Below the pieces are notes generated by a model. The model made no database searches, was not told the DNA's origin, and worked only from the letters and a program-made list of their open reading frames with translations. Shown here piece by piece: positions 8,737 to 16,225 of a DNA stretch of 32,000 nt. The position numbers and the translations under genes are program-made. Each line of letters starts with the position of its first letter. The stretch's first letter is position 1. The DNA comes from an uncultured Chloroflexia bacterium (GTDB taxonomy: Bacteria > Chloroflexota > Anaerolineae > Anaerolineales > Anaerolineaceae). The stretch lies in assembly GCA_963704755.1 (NCBI GenBank), contig OY969938.1, forward strand, positions 4,230,001 to 4,262,000, written 5' to 3'.

Positions 8737-9471
8737 ATGGGTGCTCGCAACGGCAGAGAAACGCGCGAACAAAACAGCAACAGCTACCGCATCACCGACC
8801 TGGCCGCGGGGGACCGGCCGCGCGAGCGGTTGGCCGAAGTGGGGCCGGGTGCGCTGACCAACGCCGAGCTGCTGGCGATTTTACTGCGGGTGGGGGTGCA
8901 GGGTGAAAACGCGGTCCAATTGGGCCACCGCCTGCTGGCCGAGTTCGGCGGGCTGGCCGGGCTGCACCGGGCTTCGCTGGAGGAGGTCTGCGATCAGCAC
9001 GGGATAGGCATGGCCAAGGCATCCCAAATCAAGGCGGCCATCGAACTGGGCCGGCGCCTGGCGGCCTCCTCGCCGGAAGAGCGGCCGGCTATTCACAATC
9101 CCAAGGACGCAGCCGACCTGGTGATGTACGAGATGATGGCTTTTACCCAGGAAAACCTGTGGGTCATCTTGACCGATACGCGTAACCGGGTGATCTCCAT
9201 CGAGAAGATCTACAAGGGCTCGCTAAATTCGTCGATGGTGCGGGTGGGTGAGCTGTTCAAGGCGGCCGTCCAGCGCAGCGCCGCCTCGATCGTGTTGGTG
9301 CACAATCACCCCAGCGGTGACCCGACCCCCAGCCCGGAAGATGTGGCCCTTACCAGGGCGGCCATCCAGGCCGGCAAGCTCCTCGATGTGGAAGTGCTGG
9401 ACCACCTGGTGATCGGGGCGGGCAAGTTCGTCTCACTGAAAGAGCGCGGGTTGGGGTTTAGCGCCAGTTGA
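8737..9471 (+). CDS. radC: RadC-like JAB/MPN domain protein
   Basis: Track ORF trimmed to the ATG at 8737, preceded by GGAGGGG. Contains RPRERL...[14 protein letters not shown] (HhH-like N-terminus) and the JAMM motif [14 protein letters not shown]. Confidence 0.9.
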   Translation: MGARNGRETREQNSNSYRITDLAAGDRPRERLAEVGPGALTNAELLAILLRVGVQGENAVQLGHRLLAEFGGLAGLHRASLEEVCDQHGIGMAKASQIKAAIELGRRLAASSPEERPAIHNPKDAADLVMYEMMAFTQENLWVILTDTRNRVISIEKIYKGSLNSSMVRVGELFKAAVQRSAASIVLVHNHPSGDPTPSPEDVALTRAAIQAGKLLDVEVLDHLVIGAGKFVSLKERGLGFSAS

Positions 9472-9517
9472 TCCAATGAACTACTAAAACCACCGGCTTT
9501 CTCGAGGGTGTCGTAAA

Positions 9518-9571
9518 GGTTTTATCGCAATCAAAACCGGCCCATGAGCCGGTTTTGATTACGATAAAACC
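9518..9571. terminator. Long hairpin (24-bp stem, 1 mismatch, 6-nt loop) between convergent genes; candidate bidirectional terminator or palindromic element
   Basis: GGTTTTATCGCAATCAAAACCGGC ccatga GCCGGTTTTGATTACGATAAAACC, 47 nt after the radC stop. No clean U-tract. Confidence 0.45.
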
Positions 9572-9587
9572 AAATATTTAGGTATTG

Positions 9588-9618
9588 CGGCTGTCCCCAA
9601 GATTTTTGGGGACAGCCG
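9588..9618. terminator. Hairpin (13-bp stem) downstream of the MFS gene stop
   Basis: CGGCTGTCCCCAA gattt TTGGGGACAGCCG, 15 nt from the MFS stop at 9633. No U-tract on either strand. Confidence 0.4.
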
Positions 9619-9632
9619 TGCGAGACCCATAT

Positions 9633-10925
9633 TTATTTGGGCTGGCCATCGATCAATTGATCGACCAGGGGTTGGCTAACCTTCGGGAGGATGAGGTAAA
9701 GCCCCAGCCCGAGCAGCATCACCCCGGCCAGAACAAAGGGGATGATCGGGCTCAAGTGCAGCAGGCCGCCGGTCAGCGCCTGAGAGAGCGGGGTTAAGCC
9801 CAGGCTGGCCAGCAGGAGCATGCTCATGAAACGTCCGAGCATTTCTTTGGGCGTATTGCGCTGCAAACCGGTAATCAACGAAATACCGATGTAGCCGTTC
9901 AAAATACCCAGCAGGAACAGGTCAACCGCGGCCAACCAGGTCACAGAAATCCAACCCAGGGCGATCAGGCCGCCTCCGAAGGCGAGGAACATGGTCACCA
10001 TTAAGACGCGCAGGATGTTCTTGGAAAAGTGAGGTAGAGCGCCCGAGAGGATGACGCCGATTAAATTTCCGCCGGCAAACCCGGAGAGGATGATCCCATA
10101 AGCCGCCGCGCCTTCGGGAAAACGGGTGTCGGCCAGGAAGGGGATGCCGACCACTACCGGCCCGCCGAAGCACAGGTTAGCGATGGCGATAATGATAAAC
10201 ATCAAGCGCAGGACAGGGTCTTTGAGCATGAATTTGATCCCGTCACCGATCGATTGGATCACGTTCAACCCGGCCGCATTGGCGTGCGATTCGACTTCCG
10301 TACCACCGGAGCGCATTTTCCAAAGGGTAAAAACGGATACGAGGAAGGTCAGCGCATCGATCGCGACGGCCACGCCGACGCCGGCCACTTCATTCCCAAA
10401 GGCAGCGATGATCACACCTGCCAGGGCCGGTCCTACGAACCCGATCAACTGGGTGCTGCCCTCGGTGATAGAATTGCCGGCCTGTAAATCTTTTTCCGGA
10501 ATGATACGCGGGACGATAGACATAGACGCCGGTCCGAACACACCGCCCACGATACCGACCAGCAGGGCATATCCGTAAATCATCCAAATTTGCAAGGTAT
10601 TGGTGAAGATTTGCACTGCAAATAGGGTGGTGAAAAGCAGGCGGATCAGATCCGCGGTGAGCATGACCTTACGAGGCGAGAACCGGTCGGTGATGGCGCC
10701 GCCGACCATGGTGAAGATCGCGCGCGGGATGCCCCCGATGGCCAGAACCGTTCCGAGCGCCAATGGATCACCGGTCAGTTTCAAGACCAACCAGGCGGCA
10801 GCGATATTGTGGAACTGGTCGCCGAGCATGGAGGTGGCCTGGCCTACCCATAAAAGCATAAAATCACGCACCTGCAAAACGGAGCGCATGGGGTTAACCG
10901 AAGGTTGAATCGTCTCTATTTCCAT
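9633..10925 (-). CDS. MFS transporter (12-TM type)
   Basis: 430 aa and hydrophobic throughout. Typical N-terminal FMLLWVGQATSMLGDQ and the loop motif GGAITDRFSPRKVM (MFS motif A-like). Confidence 0.88.
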   Translation of the reverse strand: MEIETIQPSVNPMRSVLQVRDFMLLWVGQATSMLGDQFHNIAAAWLVLKLTGDPLALGTVLAIGGIPRAIFTMVGGAITDRFSPRKVMLTADLIRLLFTTLFAVQIFTNTLQIWMIYGYALLVGIVGGVFGPASMSIVPRIIPEKDLQAGNSITEGSTQLIGFVGPALAGVIIAAFGNEVAGVGVAVAIDALTFLVSVFTLWKMRSGGTEVESHANAAGLNVIQSIGDGIKFMLKDPVLRLMFIIIAIANLCFGGPVVVGIPFLADTRFPEGAAAYGIILSGFAGGNLIGVILSGALPHFSKNILRVLMVTMFLAFGGGLIALGWISVTWLAAVDLFLLGILNGYIGISLITGLQRNTPKEMLGRFMSMLLLASLGLTPLSQALTGGLLHLSPIIPFVLAGVMLLGLGLYLILPKVSQPLVDQLIDGQPK

Positions 10926-11026
10926 TTCCTCTTGTCCTTGTGTGGAATTCTATCTCATCTTAAATCGGATGGAGATAAATATCCCCCTGCTTTCAGTGGG
11001 TGAGGGGCTGGTCAAGTGGATAGGAA

Positions 11027-11083
11027 ATGGGGAGTGTATGTATTTTTTTGCGTGCAAAGCATGCAAAAAAATACATACACTCC
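11027..11083. repeat. Near-perfect palindrome: 23-bp perfect arms, extendable to about 27 bp with an AAA loop
   Basis: GGGGAGTGTATGTATTTTTTTGC gtgcaaagcat GCAAAAAAATACATACACTCCCC. Sits in the divergent region between the MFS start (10925) and the tRNA promoter (11133). Confidence 0.9.
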
Positions 11084-11132
11084 CCCATGTTTCTTTAAGC
11101 GGAAGTGCTTTTCGACACCTTCCCGGATTTCG

Positions 11133-11161
11133 TTGACAAAACATACTGTTCATAGTAAACT
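11133..11161 (+). promoter_or_regulatory. Sigma-70-type promoter for the tRNA gene
   Basis: TTGACA (11133-11138), 17-nt spacer, TAAACT (11156-11161). The tRNA 5' end is 11 nt downstream. Confidence 0.55.
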
Positions 11162-11171
11162 ATCGTCCGCT

Positions 11172-11243
11172 GGCAAGGTAGCTCAGTGGTAGAGCAGGGG
11201 ACTCATAAGCCCTTGGTCGTGGGTTCAACTCCCACCCTTGCCA
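11172..11243 (+). tRNA. tRNA with CAT anticodon (elongator Met, or lysidine-dependent Ile2)
   Basis: Cloverleaf folded by hand:
- acceptor GGCAAGG/CCTTGCC
- D arm GCTC-AGTGGTA-GAGC
- anticodon arm GGGGA-CTCATAA-GCCCT, with an A31-G39 mismatch
- variable loop TGGTC
- T arm GTGGG-TTCAACT-CCCAC
- discriminator A
The G1-C72 pair excludes an initiator. 3' CC is encoded, then T. Confidence 0.85.
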
Positions 11244-11331
11244 CCTGTAAGTTGGTTTTTGGGGGAAAATGAAGGTTGATCCATCCAGTTGCCCGATACG
11301 TACGTGGGGAAGGGTTGATTCGAATAACCTG

Positions 11332-12267
11332 ATGAACCGTACCGAACGCCTGACTGCCATCCTGCTCCTGTTACAGGAGAAGCCGCGCACAGCCGGCGAA
11401 ATCGCGCGCCGGTTCGAGATTTCCCGGCGGACGGTGCTGCGTGACATCCAGGCCCTGAGCGAGATGGGCGTGCCGCTGATCGCCCGCGAAGGCCCGGGTG
11501 GGGGGTATTCGCTGCCGGAATTGTACACCCTCGAGCCGCTGGCGTTGAGCTCCAACGAGGCTTTTCTGCTGCTGCTGGCGTTGAACGGCATCAATCAATT
11601 GGCGGACGCGCCTTTCGCGGACGAGCGCACCAGCCTGGCCGCCAAGCTGCGCGCCCTGCTGCCACCGGCCCAGATCCCGGACCTGGAGAACTTGCTGGAT
11701 AAGGTCGGCCTGCCGGTCCCGCGCCGCGAGCGGCGTTCGCCCTACCTGGACGCACTCGTCCAGGCGCTGCAAGAGGAGCGCTGGGTGTTGATCACCTACC
11801 AGAGCGCCGAGCGGGTCAGCCAGGTGCACATCCGCCCGCGGAATATTTTCAGCCAGTACGGCTACTGGTACTGCCAGGCCTTCATTCACGAGAAGCAGGC
11901 CGAGGGCACCTACCGGGTCGACCGGATCCTGAGCCTGGCGCCGGTCGAGGTGGAGTTTACCGCCGGCCAGTCCGCCGAGCCTTTGCCGTACGATCACCCC
12001 TCACACCCGCAGATCCGCGCCGAGCTGACTCCGCGCGGCGCGATGCTGGTGGAGGTGGAGCCGCACATCGCCGGCAGCCTGCAGCCCAAGCCGGACGGCG
12101 GCGCCTGGCTGGCGCTGCGCTGCCCGCCCTCCGAGCTGGATTATTTCGCCCGTTACTTTGCCGGCTTCGGGAGCGAGATCCGCGTGCTGGCGCCGTCCGA
12201 ACTGCGCGAAAAAATGGGCCATATCGGCCGGTTTCTGGCTAAGAATTATCCGCCTGAAAAACGGTGA
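11332..12267 (+). CDS. HTH-WYL domain transcriptional regulator (YafY/PafBC/BrxR-like architecture)
   Basis: Track ORF trimmed to the ATG at 11332 (MNRTERLTAILLLLQEKPRTAGEIARRFEISRRTVLRDIQAL, an HTH_11-like region). WYL-type core GYWYCQAFIHEKQAEGTYRVDRI and a C-terminal WCX-like extension. Confidence 0.82.
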   Translation: MNRTERLTAILLLLQEKPRTAGEIARRFEISRRTVLRDIQALSEMGVPLIAREGPGGGYSLPELYTLEPLALSSNEAFLLLLALNGINQLADAPFADERTSLAAKLRALLPPAQIPDLENLLDKVGLPVPRRERRSPYLDALVQALQEERWVLITYQSAERVSQVHIRPRNIFSQYGYWYCQAFIHEKQAEGTYRVDRILSLAPVEVEFTAGQSAEPLPYDHPSHPQIRAELTPRGAMLVEVEPHIAGSLQPKPDGGAWLALRCPPSELDYFARYFAGFGSEIRVLAPSELREKMGHIGRFLAKNYPPEKR

Positions 12268-12379
12268 CAGGACGGTGTCACCATCCGGCCGCTATACTGG
12301 TAAGAAAAGGTGGCGGCTTGGCGTGCATACCCGTGTGCCAGTCAACCCGGCCGGCCCCTGAAAAACCAGAGAGGTTCCC

Positions 12380-13249
12380 ATGACTGTTTATGATTTCGAA
12401 AAAGCTCGTGAATTTGTATATATCAACGCCCGACTGTTGGAAAGGCAGTTGTTTGCGGCCCTGTATGAAGGCGGCCCGGTAGAGCCGGTCCAGGCTGCCT
12501 TGCGCGCTTACCAGAACGCGGACGGCAGCTTCGGCAACGCGCTCGAATCGGACGTGCGCTGCCCGGGAGGCCAGCCCCTGGCGGTAGAGAAGGCTTTTAT
12601 CATTCTGGATCTGGTGGACGGGTTCGACGACCCAATGGTGCTGCGGGTCTGTGACTGGCTGGACTCGGTCAGCACGGCCGAGGGCGGGGTGCCTTTTGCC
12701 CTGCCGTCGTTGCAGGGCTACCCTCATTCGCCCTGGATGGACGCCAGCGCGACCGCGGCCCAGCTCAACCCCACCGCCTCTATTTGCGCCTTGCTGCTCA
12801 AGCACGGGGTGGATCATCCCTGGGTGGCGCGGGCGGCGGACTTTTGCTGGCAGGACATCCCCGCGCAGCAATCGGATTTCTACCACGACCTCATGCCGGT
12901 GATCGCCTTTCTGGAGCATACCCCGGACAAGCGCGAGCAGGCTGCCGCCGAACTGGCGCGCATCCGTGAGCGGGTCGCCCGGCCGGGCGTGGTCACCCTG
13001 GACCCCCAGGCAGCCGGCTACGTGCAGTTCCCCCTGGATTGGGCTCCCCGGCCGGACAGCTTCCTGCGGCCGATCTTCGATGGCGCCACGATTCGCGTTC
13101 ACCTGGAGGCCCTGGCCGGCAAGCAGCAGGCCGACGGCGGTTGGCCGATCAACTGGCAGGCGCTCGGCCCCGGTCCCGAAGCCGAGTGGCGCGGCTGGGT
13201 CACCATCGACACGCTGGCCAAACTCAAGGCATATGGGGAGATGGATTGA
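12380..13249 (+). CDS. Prenyltransferase/squalene-oxidase-repeat (alpha/alpha toroid) protein
   Basis: 289 aa. Two QxxDGxF/W repeats (YQNADGSFGN, KQQADGGWPINW). GAGAGG SD upstream. Host-like GC. Confidence 0.55.
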   Translation: MTVYDFEKAREFVYINARLLERQLFAALYEGGPVEPVQAALRAYQNADGSFGNALESDVRCPGGQPLAVEKAFIILDLVDGFDDPMVLRVCDWLDSVSTAEGGVPFALPSLQGYPHSPWMDASATAAQLNPTASICALLLKHGVDHPWVARAADFCWQDIPAQQSDFYHDLMPVIAFLEHTPDKREQAAAELARIRERVARPGVVTLDPQAAGYVQFPLDWAPRPDSFLRPIFDGATIRVHLEALAGKQQADGGWPINWQALGPGPEAEWRGWVTIDTLAKLKAYGEMD

Positions 13250-13274
13250 GATTCTTTCCGGTGTAGGGATAGTG

Positions 13275-13290
13275 GTTGCGGGCCCGCAAC
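13275..13290. other. Perfect 16-bp palindrome downstream of the 12380..13249 gene
   Basis: GTTGCGGGCCCGCAAC, 26 nt after the stop. Could be a short terminator stem or a protein-binding site. No U-tract. Confidence 0.35.
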
Positions 13291-13456
13291 TACCTTCGCT
13301 GCAACGGGTTGGGATTAAGAGGGGGTTCAGCACTGGCGGGCAAAACGGCCGGCGTAGGGTGCGTGGAGGGCTGAAATCCGCGAGGCTGCGGGATCACCTG
13401 GAGACGGGTCTGCATGGGCGTGCCCATAACGCATCTATGTGGCGTCGGGTCAGCGA

Positions 13457-13494
13457 TGAAGAGCGGGCTTGGTCTGGAGACCGGCCCGAACAAT
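13457..13494. repeat. Dispersed REP-like element, family A (copy 1)
   Basis: TGAAGAGCGGGCTTGGTCTGGAGACCGGCCCGAACAAT matches 26001-26038 at 36 of 38 positions. Contains an imperfect GGGC..GGTCT/AGACC..GCCC hairpin. Sits exactly at the GC-rich to AT-rich transition. Confidence 0.85.
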
Positions 13495-13507
13495 GAGATG
13501 ATACTAA

Positions 13508-14092
13508 TTATGCAAGAATCAAGCCAATAACTTGAAAGATGATTCCGAACACTTCCAAGGTACTTTCCAATTCGAACTTTATTTTTAAATAGGTTATCAA
13601 CCTGTAAGGAAGCATCATCATCCAAAAAACTGGAAAAACAAATCCATATATGACCATTTGAATAAATCCAATGAATATAAATGCAATAAAATTTATAAGG
13701 CAAAAAATGACCAATGAAATTGTAAAAATTGTTGAATAAATCGGATTTTTTCCCCAGACAATATATCCTAAAAATAATACAGTAATTACTAAATAGGAAA
13801 TTCTTCCAGTTAAACGAAACCTATCAAGTGAATTTATATATATGTTTGAAGAAAATTCATCGGCTTTTGAGAGAAATTTTGTACCGCGAATTTCCTCTTC
13901 CCAGTTAGTCAACCTTTTTTCTCCAATAATACCTATTCCTGTCAAAATTATTCCGAATATTGTAATGACCTTCCCAATTAAATGCACATTAAGAACAAAT
14001 GGAGGTAGGGCAAAAAAAGGGAAAGATAAAATGCATAAACCACATATTGCAACAAAAGCCAATGAATATAAAAGTTTTTGCGCTTTTTTCAT
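13508..14092 (-). CDS. Multi-pass (about 5-6 TM) membrane protein, unknown function, low-GC
   Basis: 194 aa. Hydrophobic segments LLYSLAFVAICGLCILSFPFFAL, IGKVITIFGIILTGIGIIG, ISYLVITVLFLGYIVWG, a long IFTISLVIFCLINFIAFIFIGFIQMVIYGFVF block and VFGIIFQVIGLILA, plus a charged loop of about 45 aa. No obvious SD. AT-rich codon usage unlike the host. Confidence 0.6.
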   Translation of the reverse strand: MKKAQKLLYSLAFVAICGLCILSFPFFALPPFVLNVHLIGKVITIFGIILTGIGIIGEKRLTNWEEEIRGTKFLSKADEFSSNIYINSLDRFRLTGRISYLVITVLFLGYIVWGKNPIYSTIFTISLVIFCLINFIAFIFIGFIQMVIYGFVFPVFWMMMLPYRLITYLKIKFELESTLEVFGIIFQVIGLILA

Positions 14093-14259
14093 GTTTCACA
14101 AACCATTGTCACGAAAAATTTAATAAATTATAGAACAAATTTTTTCATACAATAACTGTAAATTGGCTATTTAGATTGTATATCAACTTTGTAATTAAAT
14201 ATCGTTTTTCGTTCAATTATTAAATAATTCGTAATAGTGAATGAATTTCTAGTGGTCTG

Positions 14260-14940
14260 TCAAAGATGAATCTCAGGATAGAGGTGTTTAAGCTTGATGC
14301 GGGCATCGGCAGAGGTGAAGCGCCAATCGACCTTGACTAACTGGGCATTGCGGTCGGTTTGCCAGGCTGCCACTTCGCATTCTAAAGTAGCTTTATCAGA
14401 AATACGACGAGAAAGGCACTGGCGGATCAAGACCCCCAACTCAATTTCGGCCATGTCCAGCCAACTGCCATGTTTAGGGGTGTAATGGAATTCGAAGCGA
14501 TTAATAAGCCGTCGCGCTTCATCTGGCTCGAAGGTTTCATAAAAAGAAATCGGCGAGTGCGTGTTCAAGTTGTCCATGACGATCACAATAACCTCGGCTT
14601 GAGGGTAAAGATCATCCGCGAGTTTCCGCATTGCAATGGCCCAATCCCTTCGGGTACGTTGGTCTGTGACTTTGACATATCGCTTGCCTGCCAAAGGTTC
14701 AAAGAACATAAACAAGTCAGCTACTCCCTCTCGGCGATATTCATAGTCTACCCGTTGTGGGTGGCCTGGTTGCATGGAAAGCGGTTCCTGTATATGGGCT
14801 AACAATTGCTTGCTGGTTTCATCCATACACACCTGCGGCCGATTGGGATCATAGGGCCGCGTATAGACTTCCAAAACGTCTTCCATATTGCAGACGAACG
14901 CCGCACTGGCCTGGGGTGGAATGCAGTATTCTTCTTTCAA
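14260..14940 (-). CDS. IS630 transposase, DDE catalytic part (-1 frame)
   Basis: Reading the -1 frame across CAAAAAAAC gives KNELKPWLKEEYCIPP, the typical IS630 junction. Followed by DETS, the VMDNLNTHS (DDE D) and EIE motifs. The track's initial M is a TTG. Confidence 0.8.
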   Translation of the reverse strand: MKEEYCIPPQASAAFVCNMEDVLEVYTRPYDPNRPQVCMDETSKQLLAHIQEPLSMQPGHPQRVDYEYRREGVADLFMFFEPLAGKRYVKVTDQRTRRDWAIAMRKLADDLYPQAEVIVIVMDNLNTHSPISFYETFEPDEARRLINRFEFHYTPKHGSWLDMAEIELGVLIRQCLSRRISDKATLECEVAAWQTDRNAQLVKVDWRFTSADARIKLKHLYPEIHL

Positions 14941-15395
14941 CCAAGGTTTAAGTTCGTTTTTTTGAGCGTGGTGCGAATGGTCTCATGGGAAACGCTCTCG
15001 ACGATCTCCAGTTTTATAAATCGTTCTTGTAAAAGGCGCAGTGTCCAGCGCTCATATCCTTCGGGTACATCACTGCACGCCAGGGCAATCAAATGGGCTT
15101 CAGCATTTCCATCCAGACGATGGGCGTATTCTCGCTCTGGCTTCTTCCGATTGAGAGCTTGCTCTAAACCGCCTTCTGCATATGCCTTGCGAACGGTGGT
15201 AACGGTCACCGAATTTACATCGAGTGCCTTACAAATGGCCTCGTAGGTCCAATTCGGCCCTCCTTCACTACAATCCGATTTGAGTAAAATCCTGGCTCGG
15301 GTTATTTTTCGGGCTGACGCTTCGCCCGATGACATTAATTTTTCAAGGTTCGAACGTTCTTCTGAGCCGAGCTTAACAAAGTATTTTTGGTACAT
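14937..15395 (-). CDS. IS630 transposase, N-terminal HTH part (upstream frame)
   Basis: 152 aa. SGEASARKITRARILLKSD and VTVTTVRKAYAEGG HTH-like segments. Ends ...TLKKTNLNLG* just after an A7 run. Confidence 0.8.
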   Translation of the reverse strand: MYQKYFVKLGSEERSNLEKLMSSGEASARKITRARILLKSDCSEGGPNWTYEAICKALDVNSVTVTTVRKAYAEGGLEQALNRKKPEREYAHRLDGNAEAHLIALACSDVPEGYERWTLRLLQERFIKLEIVESVSHETIRTTLKKTNLNLG

Positions 15396-15723
15396 TTTCT
15401 TGTCCTTGAGTGGGTTTTTCGTTCAAGTTACAAGATTCATGCCTACCTTGAGGTTTAGCTTTGACAAACCACTAGTTTAAAGGAATTAAGCGAATTAGTT
15501 TTTGTTCATGGCTTGCACAAAAGGTTCAGAAAGAAGTTATAGATTGACCCTGAAAATGGAATTATCGAAATAATGAGAAGATGTCTATGAACAATAAAAA
15601 ATAAAAAGATTATTGATCAAAATTGATTTATAATATTGACGAGTGGGAAATAGAAAATTGCGAATTTACGAATACCAAAATGACAAAACTACTATAGTAG
15701 ATTTAGAAAGGTAATGAAGAGAT

Positions 15724-16194
15724 ATGACAACAATTACATTACCTGAAACCCCAAAGAGTTATGAGTTCGAAGAATTCATGTCTGCGTTTTTCCAATCCTC
15801 AATGTATTTTGTTGAGAAAAACCTCATTCTAAAAGAAGAAGAAGAAATTCTTGAACTTGATGCAGTTATTACAGATTATAGGGAAACTCCTCCTATTTTA
15901 CAAATTGTTGAGATGAAATCAGGTGATTGGGGTTTCTCTGATATTTTTAAACTCAAAGGTTGGATGTCTTATTTGAATTTGCCATTTGCAACATTAATTA
16001 CAAAAAAGGAAAGAGAAAACCCCGATTTTTTTGATAGGATTGCTAGAGAGGTTTCAATTAACTTGATTCAAATTTCTGATCTAAACAAAACTCAAAATAT
16101 ACTTTCCACAAAATTCCCAATAGATATAATTGATGAAAATGATACAGAACATTGGAGATTCTCGTATTGGGTAGAACGAATTTTGTTAAAATAG
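15724..16194 (+). CDS. Hypothetical protein with Mrr-cat-like PD-(D/E)xK nuclease motif set
   Basis: 156 aa, low GC. YEFEEFMSAFF helix, then ILELD(46)AVITDY, then PPILQIVE(63)MK(65)SG, then FKLKGWMSYLNLPFATLITKK. This order matches the restriction-endonuclease (Mrr_cat) core FE...D...(E/Q)xK...G...lit. Purine-rich GAAAGG/GAAGAG upstream of the ATG. Confidence 0.6.
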   Translation: MTTITLPETPKSYEFEEFMSAFFQSSMYFVEKNLILKEEEEILELDAVITDYRETPPILQIVEMKSGDWGFSDIFKLKGWMSYLNLPFATLITKKERENPDFFDRIAREVSINLIQISDLNKTQNILSTKFPIDIIDENDTEHWRFSYWVERILLK

Positions 16195-16225
16195 ATTAAA
16201 GGCGAGAAAAAAAAGTATACAAAAT

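Larger units (their letters stand above)
14249..15475 (-). mobile_element. IS630-family insertion sequence (about 1.23 kb) with terminal inverted repeats and TA at both junctions
   Basis: Left end CTAGTGGTCTGTCAAAG (14249...). Right end reverse complement CTAGTGGTTTGTCAAAG (...15475). TA sits within the CTAG at both ends, consistent with IS630 TA target duplication. Encodes an HTH + DDE transposase. Confidence 0.85.

Noticed and set aside
12278-13333. 351-aa minus-strand ORF antisense to the toroid-repeat gene
   Set aside because: A typical high-GC shadow ORF: Arg/Gly/Pro/Ala-rich, with no SD and no motifs. It fully overlaps a better-supported plus-strand gene. The same reasoning applies to 11371..11997, 12966..13496 and 11160..11594.
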